DNA of 63,161 nucleotides, filler included, from Dimorphilus gyrociliatus (Eukaryota; Animalia; Annelida): NCBI GenBank assembly GCA_904063045.1. It is 4 parts of 3 records of this genome, joined end to end, with 100 filler letters (N's around TTAATTAATTAA, not from the genome) between each part and the next. Parts side by side here need not be neighbours in the genome. Positions count along the whole stretch, not along the records: positions 54,294 to 63,161 come from CAJFCJ010000233.1; 3 more parts are not named here. One strand, 5' to 3'. Shown piece by piece: positions 60,253 to 63,161 of this stretch (position 1 is its first letter; each line of letters starts with the position of its first letter). The notes under the pieces were generated by a model. It saw only the letters and a program-made list of their open reading frames with translations, ran no database searches and was not told where the DNA came from. The position numbers and the translations under genes were made by a program.

Positions 60253-61139
60253 TATACAAGTTGAAGAGTGATAAGTACTCATACCTAGAGATAGAGCTTA
60301 AAGGATTTGTTGAACGAGTTAGAATTGAATCACTTTGGATGGGAGAAGAAGAAACACACTTTGAAAGTAGTAATCCTATTACATTAGAATTTCCTTTTAA
60401 AGAAAAAATAATTACTAAAAAAGATGAAAAATTAATATTTAGAAGAACAACAACAATAGAAGAAGATTTAAAATACACATTTGAAATAAACAAAGACAAG
60501 TTGAATTTCTACAATCCATTAAGAAATACATACAACCTACAAAAAACAAAAAATACCCTAATTTTTATATCTGAGGATTTCAAGTACAGCTACATCAACC
60601 AATTCAAACTCAAATCCTACAAAATACCTTACAAGACGTTCTTCCTCCACCTCAAAAAGAGTAAAAACGTACTTCTCAAAGAAAATGCAGATATAAAACA
60701 AATAAGAGTGTTATCATTTAGAGATGCCGAACCACTTGTATATTTCTTAACATCTTCTGTTCTAATATTAATTTTAAGTGTATCTGTTATGATTTTATAC
60801 CTACTAGTATCTATGACACCTAAAACACCACTAATTACACCTAATGAATTAAATGAATGTTTACTTGTTAAGTATAAAGATATAGAACATGAAAAGATAC
60901 GAATGAGAAAGTTTGAGGAGTGTTTGATATGTTTAATGAGGTTTGGAGAGGAAGAAGAGTGTCGAGTGCTGTTTTGTAAGCACTTTTACCACAAGCAGTG
61001 TATAGATCCATGGTTGAACGGTAGTAGTAGTAGATGTCCTTATTGTAGAGAAGTAATAAAATTTAGTTATGGAGATGAAGAGAGTGATTAAAATATTAAT
61101 TTGTATTTATTTTATATTTATATTGTATTTATTTTTTTA

Positions 61140-61500
61140 TTAAGTTTTGTATATATTTTATATTAAGTTTTTGTTTATATATAGTTTTAGGTTAGGTTTA
61201 TATTGTATTAAGTTTTGTATATTTTGTATTTATTTTTTTATTAAGTTTTTGTATATTTTTATATTAAGTTTTTGTTTATATATTTTATATTGTATTAAGT
61301 TTATATTGTATTAATTTTATATATTTATATTAAGTTTTTGTATATATTTTATATTAAGTTTTTGTTTATATATAGTTTTAGGTTAGGTTTTATAATATAA
61401 AAATATATAAAACCTAACCTAACCTAAAAAAATATATAAACAAAAACTTAATATAACATAAAAATATATATAAACTTAATACAATATAAACTATGTATAA
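61140..61500. repeat. AT-rich fold-back with TTAGG/CCTAA motifs (about 40-bp arms centred near 61400; direct copy about 191 bp upstream)
   Basis: TATTAAGTTTTTGTTTATATATAGTTTTAGGTTAGGTTT at about 61161 and 61352, inverted at about 61410-61452. Confidence 0.75.
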
Positions 61501-61544
61501 AATATATAATATAAATTAGTATAATTCTTTTAATCAATAATAAA

Positions 61545-61635
61545 TCAATAATAAATTATTAATAAATCACTAATAAATTAAATTAATAAATCACTAATAA
61601 ATTAAATTAATAAATCACTAATAAATTATTAATTA
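61545..61635. repeat. Short tandem repeat TAATAAATCACTAATAAATTAAAT about x3
   Basis: Direct inspection. Confidence 0.75.
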
Positions 61636-61941
61636 ATTAATTATACTTTAAAACCTCCAAAACATTACGTTTCTTCCTATCATAAACAAAGCTAAAAAAT
61701 GGATACTTAACAACTACTGTCTTACAATTCTTAAATTTTTTATTTTCTAAACTTTTAATTTCTTCATTTCTTAAATTTAGACCAGATCTACCTAAGTAAG
61801 TTTTAACAGATTGATGAAATTCAATACTATCATTAAGTAAATGATTAGTTTTAGTTGTATTTGATAAATTAATGAGAGGTAATTTAAAAATAAGATTAAT
61901 TTTTTCAGATAGAAGTGGAACTGAATTAGTAATACTGTCAT

Positions 61942-63161
61942 CTAGTGATTTTTTAATAGTAGAATCTTTAATACTATCTGTTTTTTAATAGTAGAATCTT
62001 TAGTAGTAGAATCTTTAGTAGTAGAATCTTTAATACTATCTGTTTTTTTAGTAGTAGAATCTGTTTTTCTAGTAGAATCTTTAGTAGTAGAATCTTTAGT
62101 AATAGAATCTTTAATAGTAGAATCTTTAATAGAATCTGATTTTTTAATACTATCTGATTTTTTAGTAGTAGAATCTGTTTTTCTAGTAGAATCTGATTTT
62201 TTAATAGTAGAATCTGTTCTTTTTAATGATTTTTTAATAAAATTAGTATCTACTTCTATAAAATTACTAGAATCTATAAAATCAGATGATTTTAATAAAT
62301 TTATAAAATAATTTACAATTTCATTAATTTTTTCTCTTGTTAATTTTTTATCAGGTATTACAAAAACATTAAATAAATTTTTATTTTCAAATGGAATTCC
62401 TATTACTTTTACTTTATTATTTTTTATATATAATTTTTTATATAATAAATTATCTTTAATAGTTAAAATATTCTTATTTAAATTTATATTTAAATTATTA
62501 AATTTTAATTTTAAATTTTGTATAGAAAATAAATATAAATTATTATTTAGTTTAGAAATTAAAAATGAAATATTTTTATCTTTTAAGAATTCTACAATAC
62601 TATCTTTTATATTATCTTTATCTTTTATATTATCTTTTATAATGTTTAGTATTTCTTCTATTAATTTAAATTCATTTTTATTTTCTGTTTTTAAAATTTG
62701 AATTTCATTTTTTATTTTTTTATTTTTTGTTTTTTTATTTTCTAATTCTAATATTTCTATTGTAAATATTGTTAAATCAATTTCTTTAGTTAATCTTTTT
62801 TTAATTAGTTTTTGAGATTTTTCAGAAAAATATTTAATTTTTTTAGTATTTGTATTATACAATTCTTTAGTATTATCTTTAGTAGAATCACTTGTAGATA
62901 ATTCTTTAGTATACAATTTTTTATCTTTACTATTAGAATCTTTATTTTCTCTTGTATTATTAGAAATATAGTCTTGTACTAATATTAGATGACTTGTATA
63001 TAACATTGGTAGATGTACATTCTCTGTTAATAAATCTGTATTTAAAAATTCAAATAATAAATTAAATTGTAGTTTTTTAAATAGTTTAGAACTTATTTTT
63101 TCTTTTAATAAACTAGAAATATTAAATTTTACTTGTTCAAAATCTTTTATACTTTTATTTT
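61942..63161 (-). CDS. Hypothetical K/N/I-rich protein with KDSTT repeats; frame open to the window edge; probable frameshift near 61985, so the true 3' end may lie near 61640-61790
   Basis: No stop between 63006 and 63161; one repeat unit has 6 T where a sister unit has 7; coding-like sequence continues downstream. Confidence 0.55.
   Translation of the reverse strand, partial: NKSIKDFEQVKFNISSLLKEKISSKLFKKLQFNLLFEFLNTDLLTENVHLPMLYTSHLILVQDYISNNTRENKDSNSKDKKLYTKELSTSDSTKDNTKELYNTNTKKIKYFSEKSQKLIKKRLTKEIDLTIFTIEILELENKKTKNKKIKNEIQILKTENKNEFKLIEEILNIIKDNIKDKDNIKDSIVEFLKDKNISFLISKLNNNLYLFSIQNLKLKFNNLNINLNKNILTIKDNLLYKKLYIKNNKVKVIGIPFENKNLFNVFVIPDKKLTREKINEIVNYFINLLKSSDFIDSSNFIEVDTNFIKKSLKRTDSTIKKSDSTRKTDSTTKKSDSIKKSDSIKDSTIKDSITKDSTTKDSTRKTDSTTKKTDSIKDSTTKDSTTKDSTIKKQIVLKILLLKNH

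Larger units (their letters stand above)
58362..61091 (+). pseudogene. Transmembrane RING-H2 E3 ligase gene (reconstructed 293 aa) split after codon 16 by a Ginger-like element
   Basis: 58362-58409 encodes MFTLKELFSAVIFYIY and joins in frame to 60258 KLKSDKY when the element plus one TSD copy is removed; TM LVYFLTSSVLILILSVSVMILYLL; CLIC..CKHFYHKQC..W..CPYC. Confidence 0.85.

Noticed and set aside
58410-60260. Ginger element removed as an intron (GT at 58411, AG at 60260-60275)
   Set aside because: None of the nearby AG acceptors restores the RING frame, and a 1.8-kb intron is implausible in a microsporidian
1-63161. rRNA, tRNA or conserved miRNA genes
   Set aside because: None recognised by eye; tRNAscan-SE and Rfam/Infernal would be needed to exclude them

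Overview
This window is not one biological locus. Three identical 100-bp linkers (44 N + TTAATTAATTAA + 44 N) join four separate scaffolds: A 1-16352, B 16453-38042, C 38143-54193 and D 54294-63161. A and B look like an AT-rich, small-intron invertebrate, probably a lophotrochozoan (inference). A is gene-poor and full of CT/GA microsatellites. B carries a giant intronless NLR-like ORF with two NACHT P-loops, a peptide GPCR, an F-type lectin/F5-8C + PAN gene, TRIM- and IAP-like RING fragments, a melatonin-receptor-like pseudogene with an internal inversion next to a MITE, and a three-exon gene that appears to encode a secreted prepro-profilin. C and D look microsporidian: intronless divergent GAPDH, RPLP0 without the acidic tail, CCC motifs just upstream of start codons, and a secreted LRR protein. 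They are packed with Merlin/ISXO2, Tc1/IS630, MULE and Ginger-like integrase transposons. One intact 1843-bp Ginger-like element (325-bp TIRs, 5-bp TSD) splits a TM-RING-H2 E3 ligase gene. All calls were made by eye from the sequence and the ORF track; no database searches were run.
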